DNA of 64,000 bases, from assembly GCA_000004985.1 (NCBI GenBank), contig GG738869.1; one strand, 5' to 3'. Within the stretch, counting starts at the first letter, position 1, and every line of letters begins with the position of its first letter. This document shows positions 53,983-64,000 of this stretch, one piece after another. The position numbers and the translations under genes were made by a program. The stretch comes from Naegleria gruberi. Taxonomy: Eukaryota. A model generated the notes under the pieces. The model was not told the DNA's origin and ran no database searches. It worked only from the letters and a program-made list of their open reading frames with translations.

Positions 53983-54894
53983 ATGCCTCAAAAGTTTAGT
54001 ATCTATGAAACATCGTACAACTCGAGTCATCATGGAGCTCAACTAAATGATAACCTTAAAAATCCAATCCACAAGAAGGCACCACTTTCCGACAAGATGA
54101 CCTACACAGCTGACCACAAAGAACACCACTTGGCAAGTACTGTTGCCGATTATGCAATTGAAATGAATGAAGATACTGGAACCTACACCCTCATTCATCC
54201 ACCCTCAAAATATCACTCCGAAGCCAAATCATCATTCTCCAACAGACCTCTTGCTCCAAATAATGACCAAGTACATCAAGAAAATAAGGAACACATCAAA
54301 AATCTGGAACAAGACATGAAAGTCACAATGGCCATGCCAAAGGATGATCCAGAATCTGTAGAAATGTTGGGTATTTACAAATCAACAACTCATGCTCACT
54401 ACGACAAGACCAAAGTGTTCGATACAACCCAACCACAAACCATTATTTATAGAGATCAACAACAGAGAGGAAAAGTCAAGACAGGATTTAAATCGTTTAC
54501 TCATACTGATGATATGAGTGCACCTAGTTCGAAATTCCTTGTGGAAAATTTGGATATTCAAGCAAAGGCTTATCCTCAATCATTTGCTGCAACAACTAAC
54601 CTTGGAATGATACCAACAACTAAGGAAGAGTACAATCATATGGATGAAAAATTTGAGCAACAAGCCACACTTAAAAATCGTATGATGAAATCAACTTTGG
54701 AAAAGCAAAATCAGCCAATTAATGAGCACTATATTTCTGAGCAAAAATCTCAATATGCTGCCAAAGATCCTGAACATTACCAAGTTGATAAGAGTTTTGT
54801 AAAACCTCAAGTATTTAGTTATCGTATTGACACTGTAAATGGAACGCCGTGTGTCAAGGCAAGTTATACTCAACCGATTGTACCATCAAATTAA
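53983..54894 (+). CDS. hypothetical protein
   Basis: The ORF is 53857..54894, and the first ATG is at 53983. No recognisable domain. Confidence 0.3.
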   Translation: MPQKFSIYETSYNSSHHGAQLNDNLKNPIHKKAPLSDKMTYTADHKEHHLASTVADYAIEMNEDTGTYTLIHPPSKYHSEAKSSFSNRPLAPNNDQVHQENKEHIKNLEQDMKVTMAMPKDDPESVEMLGIYKSTTHAHYDKTKVFDTTQPQTIIYRDQQQRGKVKTGFKSFTHTDDMSAPSSKFLVENLDIQAKAYPQSFAATTNLGMIPTTKEEYNHMDEKFEQQATLKNRMMKSTLEKQNQPINEHYISEQKSQYAAKDPEHYQVDKSFVKPQVFSYRIDTVNGTPCVKASYTQPIVPSN

Positions 54895-54924
54895 GTTTTG
54901 AATACCAATAAAGACGTGTGTAAT

Positions 54925-56019
54925 TTAGAGCAATTTCAAAAAGTCACTTGCTGAAGTGGTTTCCTTCTTATTCTTTTTCTTTTTTGAAGAATTATTCTTA
55001 CTGGCATTATTCGATGAGTTTGAGTCATCTCTCTTTCTCTTCTTGTCATCTTCTTTTGGAGCTGCTTGTGGTTTTTCCTTCTTTTGTGAATCAGTTGATT
55101 GATTCAATTCACTTCCTGAATTGTTTTGTTTCTTATTTTTCTTCTCGTGTGGATTATTGGATGGAATAGTCGATTTTTCCTCTTGTTTTGAATGGGGTTG
55201 TTGTTTTGGATGTTTGGATTCTTCCCTTTGATTTTGGGTTTCACTCTTTTGTTCTGTTTTTTGTGTTGTTGGAACAATTTGACTTGCAATGGTCTTATCA
55301 AATGGAATTATTAAATATTTCTGGCATTGTTTACATTTGAAAGTGAGTACATTATTATTGGCATCCTTTTGAGAACAAAGACAATAGACAATATGAGACC
55401 ATTTCATCTTTTCATTCTTTGTAGTGAAAAATTGTTTCAAATTGAGTGAACACAACTTGTCTCCCTTTGTAACATCCTTAATAACAATCTTTGTTGAATT
55501 TTGTTTTGCCAACTGATATCCAGTATTTCTATCCAGAAATGAATGTCCACAAAATTGACAAGATTTTACATAATTACTAGAATGTCTACTAACACTATCC
55601 GAACAAGCACTTTCCAAATGAAACCTCCTCATATAAAATTCAGCCAACTCGGAATCCTTTTCTTGCATAGCTTCAGCTAATTTAATTAATTGATTTTGCA
55701 AATTAATATTTAAATCATTTTCCGTAGCAATAAGGTTATTATCTAATGATGAAGAGTTTGATTTTTCTATTGTTGTAGCAGAATTCAATGATGATGTTGT
55801 TGCTGCTGCCGATGAAGAAGATGAAGAAGATGAAGGCTTTGAATTTTTCTTCTTGGTTGCTGCCTTGGAACCTTTCGGAGCCTCCGTCAAATCAAGTTGA
55901 TGAATTTGTTGAATCTTGTTCTTATTTTCAATAATTGTTTGTGATTGTTTGACGAGTTGCTTCTTCTTGATATTGGACAAATCATCCAACATTTTCTTCT
56001 GCTTGATGAATGAAAACAT
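54925..56019 (-). CDS. hypothetical K/S-rich protein with Cys-rich (zinc-ribbon-like) central region
   Basis: The ORF extends to 56088. ATG 56019 has the aaaaaaATG context (MFSFIKQKK...). The Cys-rich motif is CQFCGHSF...C..C...CKQCQ. The tail is lysine-rich, as in nucleolar proteins. Confidence 0.35.
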   Translation of the reverse strand: MFSFIKQKKMLDDLSNIKKKQLVKQSQTIIENKNKIQQIHQLDLTEAPKGSKAATKKKNSKPSSSSSSSSAAATTSSLNSATTIEKSNSSSLDNNLIATENDLNINLQNQLIKLAEAMQEKDSELAEFYMRRFHLESACSDSVSRHSSNYVKSCQFCGHSFLDRNTGYQLAKQNSTKIVIKDVTKGDKLCSLNLKQFFTTKNEKMKWSHIVYCLCSQKDANNNVLTFKCKQCQKYLIIPFDKTIASQIVPTTQKTEQKSETQNQREESKHPKQQPHSKQEEKSTIPSNNPHEKKNKKQNNSGSELNQSTDSQKKEKPQAAPKEDDKKRKRDDSNSSNNASKNNSSKKKKNKKETTSASDFLKLL

Positions 56020-56152
56020 TTTTTTATTTGTGTGTTTTTTAAAATTGTAAATGGTTGCAATTTCTTCTTGAAACAGAGAGCAACACAAGATTTTACAAAA
56101 TTAGTAGTATATTATTATTACTTTGTTACAAACTCTCTAAAAATACATAAAC

Positions 56153-57535
56153 TCATTTGTGTTCATTTTGTTGCATCATTGAGTTAAACCAAGTTGAAAC
56201 ATTGTGAGAAACGACTGTGAATTGATCTCCAAGATAGTTGGAAACTTCCTTGGTCTTGGAAGCAACATCTTTGGCTTGTTCTCCAAGATACCAAGCAATG
56301 TCTGAACCTGACATGTTTGTAATGTCTCCAGATGTAAATGGATTCTTTCTTGAATTACTACTGGCAGCTGAACCAATACCTCTATATCTGTCAGCATTGT
56401 TATTGGATGATGATGTGTATGATTCTCCGTATGGGGAATTGTTACCATAACTACTGCTGCCATTGTTATTATTATTATTTGAATATCCACTGCCAATTCC
56501 ACTATATCTGTCGCTATTATTATTGTGAGATGAATTTGATGTTGTTGATGCGGATTTCTTCATAGTTGGTGTAGTAACCCTATGGTCATCATCCTTATCC
56601 CAATCATTGTTGAAAAAGTCATCATCATTAATATTTTCTTGTTTTTCCACAACCACTTCCTTTGTTCCGAAAATATCATCATCCAAGTTTGAACTACTAT
56701 TCTTTTTGGATGAATTCTTTGCCTTGCCGAATGAATCTTGAGAGAAGATATCCTTGCTGCTTGATGAATTGGATATTGTTCTTCCTGGTTTGATTTTGAA
56801 ATTATTATTCGATGAACTGCTTGTCAGCACTTTATACTTTGGTTCAGAGGCAGTTGGAGATGGAGTAGATGTCTCCTTCAACATTTCATCCTCAAAACTC
56901 CAATCATGATTGTTAGAAGTATTGGAAGGTGGTGCTGATTTGACTTTTTCCTCGCTATCAGTTATTATATCAGTGTTAACTGTGAGTGTTGGCTTTTTAT
57001 CTGAAGTTCCACTGTTGTAATGTTGTATTAATTCAATGATAATAATAATTGTATAATTATTTGATAGAATCAATCCATACAATATTGATAGATGATGATG
57101 ACACGATAACATTATATTAAATAATTATTATGGATAGATAACATTAAATTTGATGAAAATTAATACTACTACAAACCTCTTTTGTTGTACTTGTTGTTTT
57201 AAGAGAGCAGCATATTCCTTTGCAGCCTTTGAATTATACTTTTGAGCAATAGGCATCCTATCAATTCCCTTGCTGGTAAAATATTCTCTTGCCTTCTTAT
57301 TTCCTCCGTTTACCATTGCTTGTGTATGTTCATCAGACCACTTGTCCAATGTGGCTGATTTGACAAAACTAACATCAACTCCCAAACTTCTGTGCACTCC
57401 CGAACATGACAAACAGAAGAAAACACCAAATGTAATTGAACACCAATCAGGATTTTTGGTTGTACAATCAATACAAACTTTGTTCTCTGGCTTTTCACGG
57501 AGCTTCTTCAAAATACGTTGATTCTCTTCAGACAT
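56153..57535 (-). CDS. ADP-ribosylation factor GTPase-activating protein (ArfGAP), 2 exons
   Basis: Exon 1 is 57535..57177 (CIDCTTKNPDWCSITFGVFFCLSCSGVHRSLGVDVSFVKSATLDKW, the ArfGAP C4 zinc finger with Arg finger). Intron 57176..57012 (gtttgt...acaacag). Exon 2 is 57011..56153 (S/N-rich tail). Phases are consistent. Confidence 0.75.
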
Positions 57536-57812
57536 TCCAAAATTGTTATTTTAAATATAAAAAATCAAATTTAAAATTGTTATTGTTGCGGTGATGAAGT
57601 TTGAGAGTTTTTTTTCTTTTGGATTTTTTTTAGAATTTTTTCTGAATGAGGTGAAGGGGTTTGCTGACGTAGACAGGTAAAGTGATTTTCAGCAGCTATT
57701 AAGATGTTCATTGGAAAGTAAATTGTTAGGTAATGTATTGTGCATTGTGGAGGGATTTTTTGGATAATGATTGGTGGTTAGTATTTTAAAGTAGATTTTC
57801 TGATTCAGGGAT

Positions 57813-59255
57813 TTAATTTTGATCAAGTTGTTCATTTCTCAAATCATACTTGTCTTCAGTTATTCGGATGAGTTTTGGAAATCGTTCCTTAGTTAATATT
57901 TTAAGGTTGATATTGTCCATGGATTGAACTTCGAGGTATTCAAGTTTTGGGAAGTGACTCTCAGAGGTGAACAATTTTGTGGCTAACTTATTTCCATAAA
58001 GAAATAGATTTTGTAAATGTTTTAGATTGTTGAGACCTTTTAAACTAGTCAATTTGTTGTGAGAAAAGTTCAATTCCCTTAAATCCACCAATTTGGAAAC
58101 ATCGGCTGATGATATTCTATTGACATAGATACCTAATTTTTGAAGTTTAGTCAAATTCTCTGTTATTAATTCGATGGAAGTTATCTTATTATTTCCCAAA
58201 TCTAGGTCTGTTAAATTTGTCATTTGGGAGATGTGCAACAACCCTTCGTTAGAAATTTCATTCCCTGTCAAGAAAAGTTTTGTTATTGAGGGTAATGCTG
58301 ATACGAATAGACATCCTTCATTCCCCAATCTATTATCCATCAATTTTAAAGATCGAATCTCTTTCATTCCATTAATAAATGATAACTGATCAATAATATT
58401 ATCGCTCATATCAAGCTTAGTGAGTTTTTTCAAGCTATTTAAATGATAGCATGCTTCACTACTCAAATTGCACGACTGAATTTTCAAACTTTTCAAATAT
58501 TTCAAATTGGAAAAAAATTTGAAACATTCATCAGTCACTTCACTCATTTGAGTCAAAGTCAACGATTCCAAATTCTGAAACTCTGACATTTCATCATATT
58601 CTAATTTTGTAAATGTACATTTTCCAATTTTCAAAACTTTTAAACTCTTTTTGATATTACACACCAATACTTTCCATGAATTAAATCCCATTTTCACATT
58701 AAATATTACAAATTCTTCCAATGGAGAAACAATATTCTCCCAAAACTCATTATTCTTCAAGTATCTAATTTCTATTCGTTTCAAACTCTTGCAATTTCTC
58801 ATCAATTTTGCATTCACCACTTGACTTCCCTTAAACACAATTTCCTTCAAATTATCCAATCCTTCCAAACATTGACATTGTAGAATAGTAGCATTTGGTT
58901 CCAATCTCTTTACAACATGAATACTCTCCAAATTCCTCATGTATTTTCCCAAATATTTGATACACAATTTCGGAGTGGAAAGATGTGCAACATTATGAAA
59001 AATTCCCTTCTTCATGACCTTTTCAAAGGAATCAATCTGTTTCGTATCACTGATAATAACATGAACATTCCTCACTTGCAAAACCATATAATTCCAACAT
59101 CTAGAAACTTGTCTACATTTGAACAATTCTTGAAACGATAAATGGACGAATATTTGATGAATGTACAAATCCCGATCAAAATGAAGGCATTGATTCGATA
59201 GAAATTCTTGTTCGTGGAGAACATGACAGTTAGCGGGATGATTAGTATTGCCCAT
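57813..59255 (-). CDS. F-box/LRR-repeat protein
   Basis: The start is MGNTNHPANC, with aaaaaaaATG. The F-box-like segment is near HQIFVHLSFQELFKCRQVSRCWNYMV. The C-terminal two-thirds are cysteine-containing LRRs (LxxLxLxxNxI...). Confidence 0.65.
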   Translation of the reverse strand: MGNTNHPANCHVLHEQEFLSNQCLHFDRDLYIHQIFVHLSFQELFKCRQVSRCWNYMVLQVRNVHVIISDTKQIDSFEKVMKKGIFHNVAHLSTPKLCIKYLGKYMRNLESIHVVKRLEPNATILQCQCLEGLDNLKEIVFKGSQVVNAKLMRNCKSLKRIEIRYLKNNEFWENIVSPLEEFVIFNVKMGFNSWKVLVCNIKKSLKVLKIGKCTFTKLEYDEMSEFQNLESLTLTQMSEVTDECFKFFSNLKYLKSLKIQSCNLSSEACYHLNSLKKLTKLDMSDNIIDQLSFINGMKEIRSLKLMDNRLGNEGCLFVSALPSITKLFLTGNEISNEGLLHISQMTNLTDLDLGNNKITSIELITENLTKLQKLGIYVNRISSADVSKLVDLRELNFSHNKLTSLKGLNNLKHLQNLFLYGNKLATKLFTSESHFPKLEYLEVQSMDNINLKILTKERFPKLIRITEDKYDLRNEQLDQN

Positions 59256-59636
59256 TTTTTTACTGTTGTTTTATTTCGAATCTTCAAAGATAGGTCTTTA
59301 ATTTGTTATATTTATTGTGCATTTCTATAAAAGAAAGGTGGCAATAATAATACTGAAATCAGCTGCTGAGTAACATACATGTCAACTACTTGTTAAGGAA
59401 AGTTGATTGTTGGCCACACCATTTTCAATATACTTTACAATTATATTCCAACATTGTAAACACCATTGTTACAATAATACAACTTTTTTAAAGACCCTTT
59501 TCACTATTCCACAAATCCATTCAATACATCCTTTTTCATCCATTAAACCCAAAACAAACACATTACAATGATCATCATTTCCACCTTGCTAAGCACTCAC
59601 CCATCACCAAAACACACATTTTCCCACCAAAAAAAA

Positions 59637-62496
59637 ATGTTTGCCAACAATTCCACTACAACCACCACCACAACATCAGCAATAACAACAAACTCTTCTG
59701 TTGGTGGTGGAGGTGGTAGTACTGCTTCTAATGTTGCTGTTCATGGAGGAGGAGGTACTAGTGGTTATTCTTCTCAGCAGCAGCAAGAGGGAGGTAACAA
59801 CAATAACAATAATAATACATCATCGATGAATAATAGAAGTAGCAATGCATCACTTGGAATGATTTCGAGTACGACCTCATATTTTGATCTGGATTCGAAT
59901 GTGGAAAAGACAATTCCTACAAAGACGATGGCACCCTATGTGTTGCAGGGAAAGGAGTTGGCAGAGGCTGGAGTTGAAGATACGAATTGTTTGATAAGTG
60001 TTCCATTCTCAATTCCGTATATGGAGGTTTTTATTGATAAGTGTCAAGATTTACCAACAAAATTGAACAGTAGTGGATTATGTGAGTAAGTAGTTAATAG
60101 AGTGATCGGTTGTTTATTGATCATGATGATTTTTCACATTCGTCTGGTTTCGAATAATATTTTCAAATTAATTATAATCATAATTATGAATATATTACAG
60201 TCCGTACATTGTACTCTCAGTGATTCAATTGGGAGATTCCGAGTTGAGAGACTTTTCTCAACTTCCAACGAATGAAGAGTTTTGCAAATCTTCCAAAATC
60301 AAAAAAAACAATAATCCAACATGGAACGGTAAAGAAAGATTTCTAATGGCTGTTCCTCCTCAAGTATTTTCCACAACTTCTTCAAGTTTAGGGGCAATGA
60401 CCATGTCAGGAGCATCCATTCAAACCTCTTCAAGTCAATCGTTTACTATTGGATCTAAAAAGACTGGAATTTCATTTAAGGACAAAAAGAGCAAATCCAA
60501 TGATAATATATCTCCTTCAAAGAGCTCAGATAATATTGGTTTTAAAAATCAATATTTATTGATTCAAGTGTACAGTTATGATCGTTTAAAGAAGGACAGT
60601 TTTATTGGATCTGCAAGAATTGGTCCTCTCTCAAAGTTACCTTATGGTGTCATGTTGAGCAAGACAGTGCCACTTCACGAGTCTGGCTCTGGAGCAACTT
60701 GTAGCCTGAGATTTATTGCGCACAATTTTGGATTATCTTGGGAAGAGTTTGAAGAAATGGATTCTGCTGACAATGACTTTTTGACATTTAAACCTGTTTG
60801 TGCTGATGTAAGTTGTTAACTTGATTTGTGTTAACACATTATGTGAAAATAGCCTGTGAAAGCAGTTTTGGACAAAATTTCAGGTTCTCGCTATGCAGGG
60901 CAATTTCCAAATCCAAAGGATGAAGTGAGATTTGCCACCATGCTTGCAAATAAGAAACACATATTGGAAACCTATCTTAATAAGGATTGGGTAGAAGTGG
61001 TCCCAACACAAAAGAGATCTATTCCAAAACAACGGGATTTATCAGACAAGGATAAAAAGACACCAACCTCCTTCTCACCTTCTAATGAAATGATTCCTTC
61101 AAATTCAGTAACAACATCTCCTTCTCCAACTCATTCGAGTGTAGTTGCTGTAGATTCACCAAGACTTTTCAATGTCAATCCAACACCTCCTCAACAACAT
61201 GAAAATCAATTGAGTACAGCCGCTGAATCTCCAAATATGAAAGAAAGTCAGTCAGAGGATTCTCTCAATAATCAAAATACTAACAATCAAATTGAAGATA
61301 CCAACACAAACAATTCAAGTAATTCTTCAGACCACGAAGAAGAAGAGGACGAAGACGAGGCAGTTACTGAAGAAACAGTCTCAGACGAAGAAGAGGATGA
61401 TGAAGAAGAGGAAGCAGAAATGGACAGCAAGGAAATGAAAGAGTTCATTCAAGAGCAAGAAAAACAACTTCTCAAAGGAAAGGTTGACATTAAATTGATC
61501 ATTGTAGATCAGGAGAGAGACCAGAAATTCAAAAGTTCTGCCAGAAAATTACTCTCACCCATTCTTTCCAAGTTTGGTTCAACCAAAAATCTCTCAAGTT
61601 TTGGAATGTTTCATAGTTCTCTACTGATAGGTAATTGGATTTTGGAATGGAATGATAGTGCTCTGTGTGTACCAAGAAGAACTTTATCTAAAGCTGCCCT
61701 ATTTTGTGCAGATTTGGAACCAATCACAACATTGGAAGATTTGAACCAAGTTGTTGACAAAATTGCTGATGTAATTGTTGAGTGGAACACTACCAAAAAG
61801 TACAAACCAATGGGAGGAAACAGATGTGTCTATGGTAATTGCCAAGATTTTGTAGAGGCTGTCCTTTCTCGGTTAGGTATCAAATGGCAGATTGAAAATC
61901 CGTACATTAGATACTTCTTTGAACAATTGAAAAAGAAAGGATCTACAGATCTAAAACTCTTCTTTAAAAAGGAAGACGCTGACCAAGAAAATTCCTTCGT
62001 ACAAAAGTTTAAACTTCTCAGCCAATCTGGGTCAACAGCAGGACAGGGAACCTATTCTATCAAATTTGCAACTCATGAACAATTGGATCAATTTGTATTG
62101 AGATGTCTGAGGATAGATCCAATGATGAAAACAAACTATCCTGAAGTGTGGGGAATACTCAAAGGTTTTGATAGAGCTTTCTGGCTGAGACATTTGGCCT
62201 GGGAAGAAATGAAAGAAAGAAAACGAAGAGAACTTGTCTCTATTGAAAGAAATCTGTTCAAAATTAGTCAATTAAGAAGGGCTAACAAATTGACAGAAGA
62301 AGACAAGTCCAAAGAGAATAAGCTTTTCGAAAGAGCTTCAGAAGTTCAAAAAGAAGTTGAACGAATTGAAAAAGAAGGTAAACCAGTCAAACCATTTATG
62401 GGTAAACAATTGGATGAACGAAAGGAATTGGTAGAAGTTGATCTTTGTCCCTTCTCCAATCCTCTCACAACCTATTCCATAAGATTATACAATTAA
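59637..62496 (+). CDS. C2-domain protein with C-terminal LRAT/PLAAT-like (NlpC/P60 His-Cys) domain; 3 exons
   Basis: Exon 1 is 59637..60085 (the ORF starts at 59568, but ATG 59637 has aaaaaaaaaATG). Intron gtaagt..attacag. Exon 2 is 60201..60807. Intron gtaagt..aaatag. Exon 3 is 60853..62496. The spliced C2 domain is ...SGLCDPYIVLSVIQLGDSELRDF...NPTWNGKERF. The C-terminal motifs are FHSSLLIGNWILEW (His) and YGNCQDFVEAVL (NCxxFV Cys). Confidence 0.6.
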
Positions 62497-62636
62497 TATC
62501 TCCATAATATTACTTCAAAACAACCCCATTTCAATAACAAACTGTTTCTAACATGTTTATTTCAATACTATCTTAGATGATTTGGTGCAATTTCAAATAT
62601 CACCCGAAAAGATTCTCAATAACAAGTTAAAAAAAA

Positions 62637-63497
62637 ATGTCGCAACAAGCATCTTCGTCATCATCATCCGACGAGACATTCCAACTTCCTGCACACCTGA
62701 CAAATAGTTACTTCTCAACAAATCCTCACATTAAAACCATTCCGGGTTTATATGTATTTGCCAATTACATTACCAATGAAGAGGCACGTCAAATTATCAA
62801 TACTCTCGATTCACAGGAGTGGTGTCATGAAATTTGTCGTCGTCAACAACATTATGGCTACTTGTACTATCATACAAGACAAAATATTCCCAATTTACAA
62901 CCAACAGAACAAGAGGTTTCACCTCTGAAAAGTTTGGAATTTGACAAGTTTTGGACAGAATTATTTTGGGAAAAGATGGTCAAGAGAGATGGATTGTTTA
63001 ATATTGATGTTGCACACAAGTGGTGGGTGAATAAGGAAAATAAGAGTGAACCTCAATGTTTAGTGAATGAATACATGTCAAGTCAGGGAATTGCTTCTCA
63101 TGTGGATAATGTGAATGCTTTTGGAGATGTCATTGTTGGAATTTCACTGTTAAAACCTGTTTATATGACATTTAGAAAGGATAAATTGGAAACTAGAATT
63201 CTTTTACCACCTAATAGTTGTTATGTTTTGACAGGAGAGTCGAGATTTGAGTGGAGACATGGAATTACACATATGAAACAAATTCATGTTCCTTCACAAT
63301 ATATCGTTCCTGAATTGAATGAAAATGAAAAGGATTTTACAGTTCCACGAGATGAGGATGATGAGGATAATGATGGAAGTAAATTGTACATTCGTGAGGA
63401 GGGTTACAGAAGAATTTCACTCACTTTCAGATTTATCAAATTGGAAGGAACAAAGAGAGTTGATGAAACTGCTCCAGAAACTGATGCCTTATGGTAA
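62637..63497 (+). CDS. AlkB-like 2OG/Fe(II) dioxygenase
   Basis: It has the HxD...H iron triad (ASHVDNVNAFGD ... WRHGITH) and the C-terminal RISLTFRFI (RxSxTxR 2OG-binding). aaaaaaaaaATG. Confidence 0.6.
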   Translation: MSQQASSSSSSDETFQLPAHLTNSYFSTNPHIKTIPGLYVFANYITNEEARQIINTLDSQEWCHEICRRQQHYGYLYYHTRQNIPNLQPTEQEVSPLKSLEFDKFWTELFWEKMVKRDGLFNIDVAHKWWVNKENKSEPQCLVNEYMSSQGIASHVDNVNAFGDVIVGISLLKPVYMTFRKDKLETRILLPPNSCYVLTGESRFEWRHGITHMKQIHVPSQYIVPELNENEKDFTVPRDEDDEDNDGSKLYIREEGYRRISLTFRFIKLEGTKRVDETAPETDALW

Positions 63498-63564
63498 CTC
63501 TTGAAATATTCGACAACAATACTCCAACTCTTTTCACAATGTGAATAAATATACTTGAAAATTC

Positions 63565-63999
63565 TTATTTGATGAATACACAAGATGCGTGGGCAGTAAA
63601 TCTCCAAGGTGGATGATGTGTTAACATGTTGAGAAATTGGGTTCTTTTGAAATTTACATTGTCGTTACTGAGTGAAATTTTGTTCAGTTTTGTGAGTGTT
63701 CTGCTTTCAAAAAGAGTTTCAATATCTGTTTGTTCAAGTGCATTGCATGAGTTGAAAGATAAACTCTGTAATAAGGGAGCATTGGCTTTGGATAAGAGAC
63801 TGATGGACTGGCTTCCGAGAGGATTGTTAGATAGGTCCAATCTCTCCAGATTAGAAAGAATACTACCTTTTGCTAAATTTGAAAATACTTCACAATCAAG
63901 TTTACAAAACGTAAGTTTCAAATATGAAAGTGAAAATGAATTTGCTCCTCCCAATGTTTTTGCCATTTGTGAATCGAAATAAATTTCTGAAAGATTCAA
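63565..63999 (-). CDS. LRR-containing protein, partial (5' end at or beyond the window edge)
   Basis: It has LRR units LERLDLSNNPLGSQSISLL..., LQSLSFNSCNALEQ. The ORF abuts the end of the window. Confidence 0.35.
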   Translation of the reverse strand: MNLSEIYFDSQMAKTLGGANSFSLSYLKLTFCKLDCEVFSNLAKGSILSNLERLDLSNNPLGSQSISLLSKANAPLLQSLSFNSCNALEQTDIETLFESRTLTKLNKISLSNDNVNFKRTQFLNMLTHHPPWRFTAHASCVFIK

Positions 64000-64000
64000 A

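Noticed and set aside
1-64000. Looked for CRISPR arrays, prophage or integrase genes, rRNA genes and bacterial operon structure
   Set aside because: There are no direct-repeat/spacer arrays, no phage-like gene content and no rRNA-like segments. Gene organisation (introns, oligo(A) starts, eukaryotic tRNAs, F-box/RGS/ArfGAP content) is eukaryotic nuclear throughout.

Overview
Compact, AT-rich nuclear DNA from a eukaryote. Coding density is high: about 40 protein genes in 64 kb, with intergenic spacers usually under 300 bp. Introns are short (about 40-135 nt), spliceosomal, and begin GTAAGT, GTATGT or GTAGGT and end AG. Two cytosolic-type tRNA genes are present. Most start codons sit directly after an oligo(A) tract (aaaaaaaATG). 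Proteins carry poly-Q and poly-N tracts, and one gene encodes a fungal-type Zn2Cys6 domain. These features fit a dictyostelid-like amoebozoan or a low-GC early-diverging fungus, but I cannot assign the organism from sequence alone. No prokaryotic operons, CRISPR arrays, rRNA genes or intact transposons are visible.

Recognisable genes include a PWWP/PHD chromatin reader, cyclophilin, purple acid phosphatase, PRMT5, complex I NDUFS7, Rab GDI, ArfGAP, a thioredoxin, a JmjC protein, an AlkB-like dioxygenase, an IU-nucleoside hydrolase, a Zn2Cys6 factor, an RNI-type LRR protein, a TPR protein, a Sel1 protein, an NHL-repeat protein and four F-box proteins. Several gene models were rebuilt by hand from splice signals, including a 13-nt micro-exon in NDUFS7.

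The features worth follow-up are:
- a lineage-specific family of two-TM receptor-like RGS proteins, present as two head-to-head gene pairs that are inverted duplicates of each other;
- a bona fide bacterial-type diaminopimelate epimerase (DapF) with eukaryote-style insertions;
- a repeated, decaying P-loop ATPase gene whose second copy is split around an intact, intronless thermolysin-like metallopeptidase gene;
- an F-box protein fused to a Rab-like GTPase that has lost its catalytic Gln;
- a gene combining a C2 domain with an LRAT/PLAAT-like domain.
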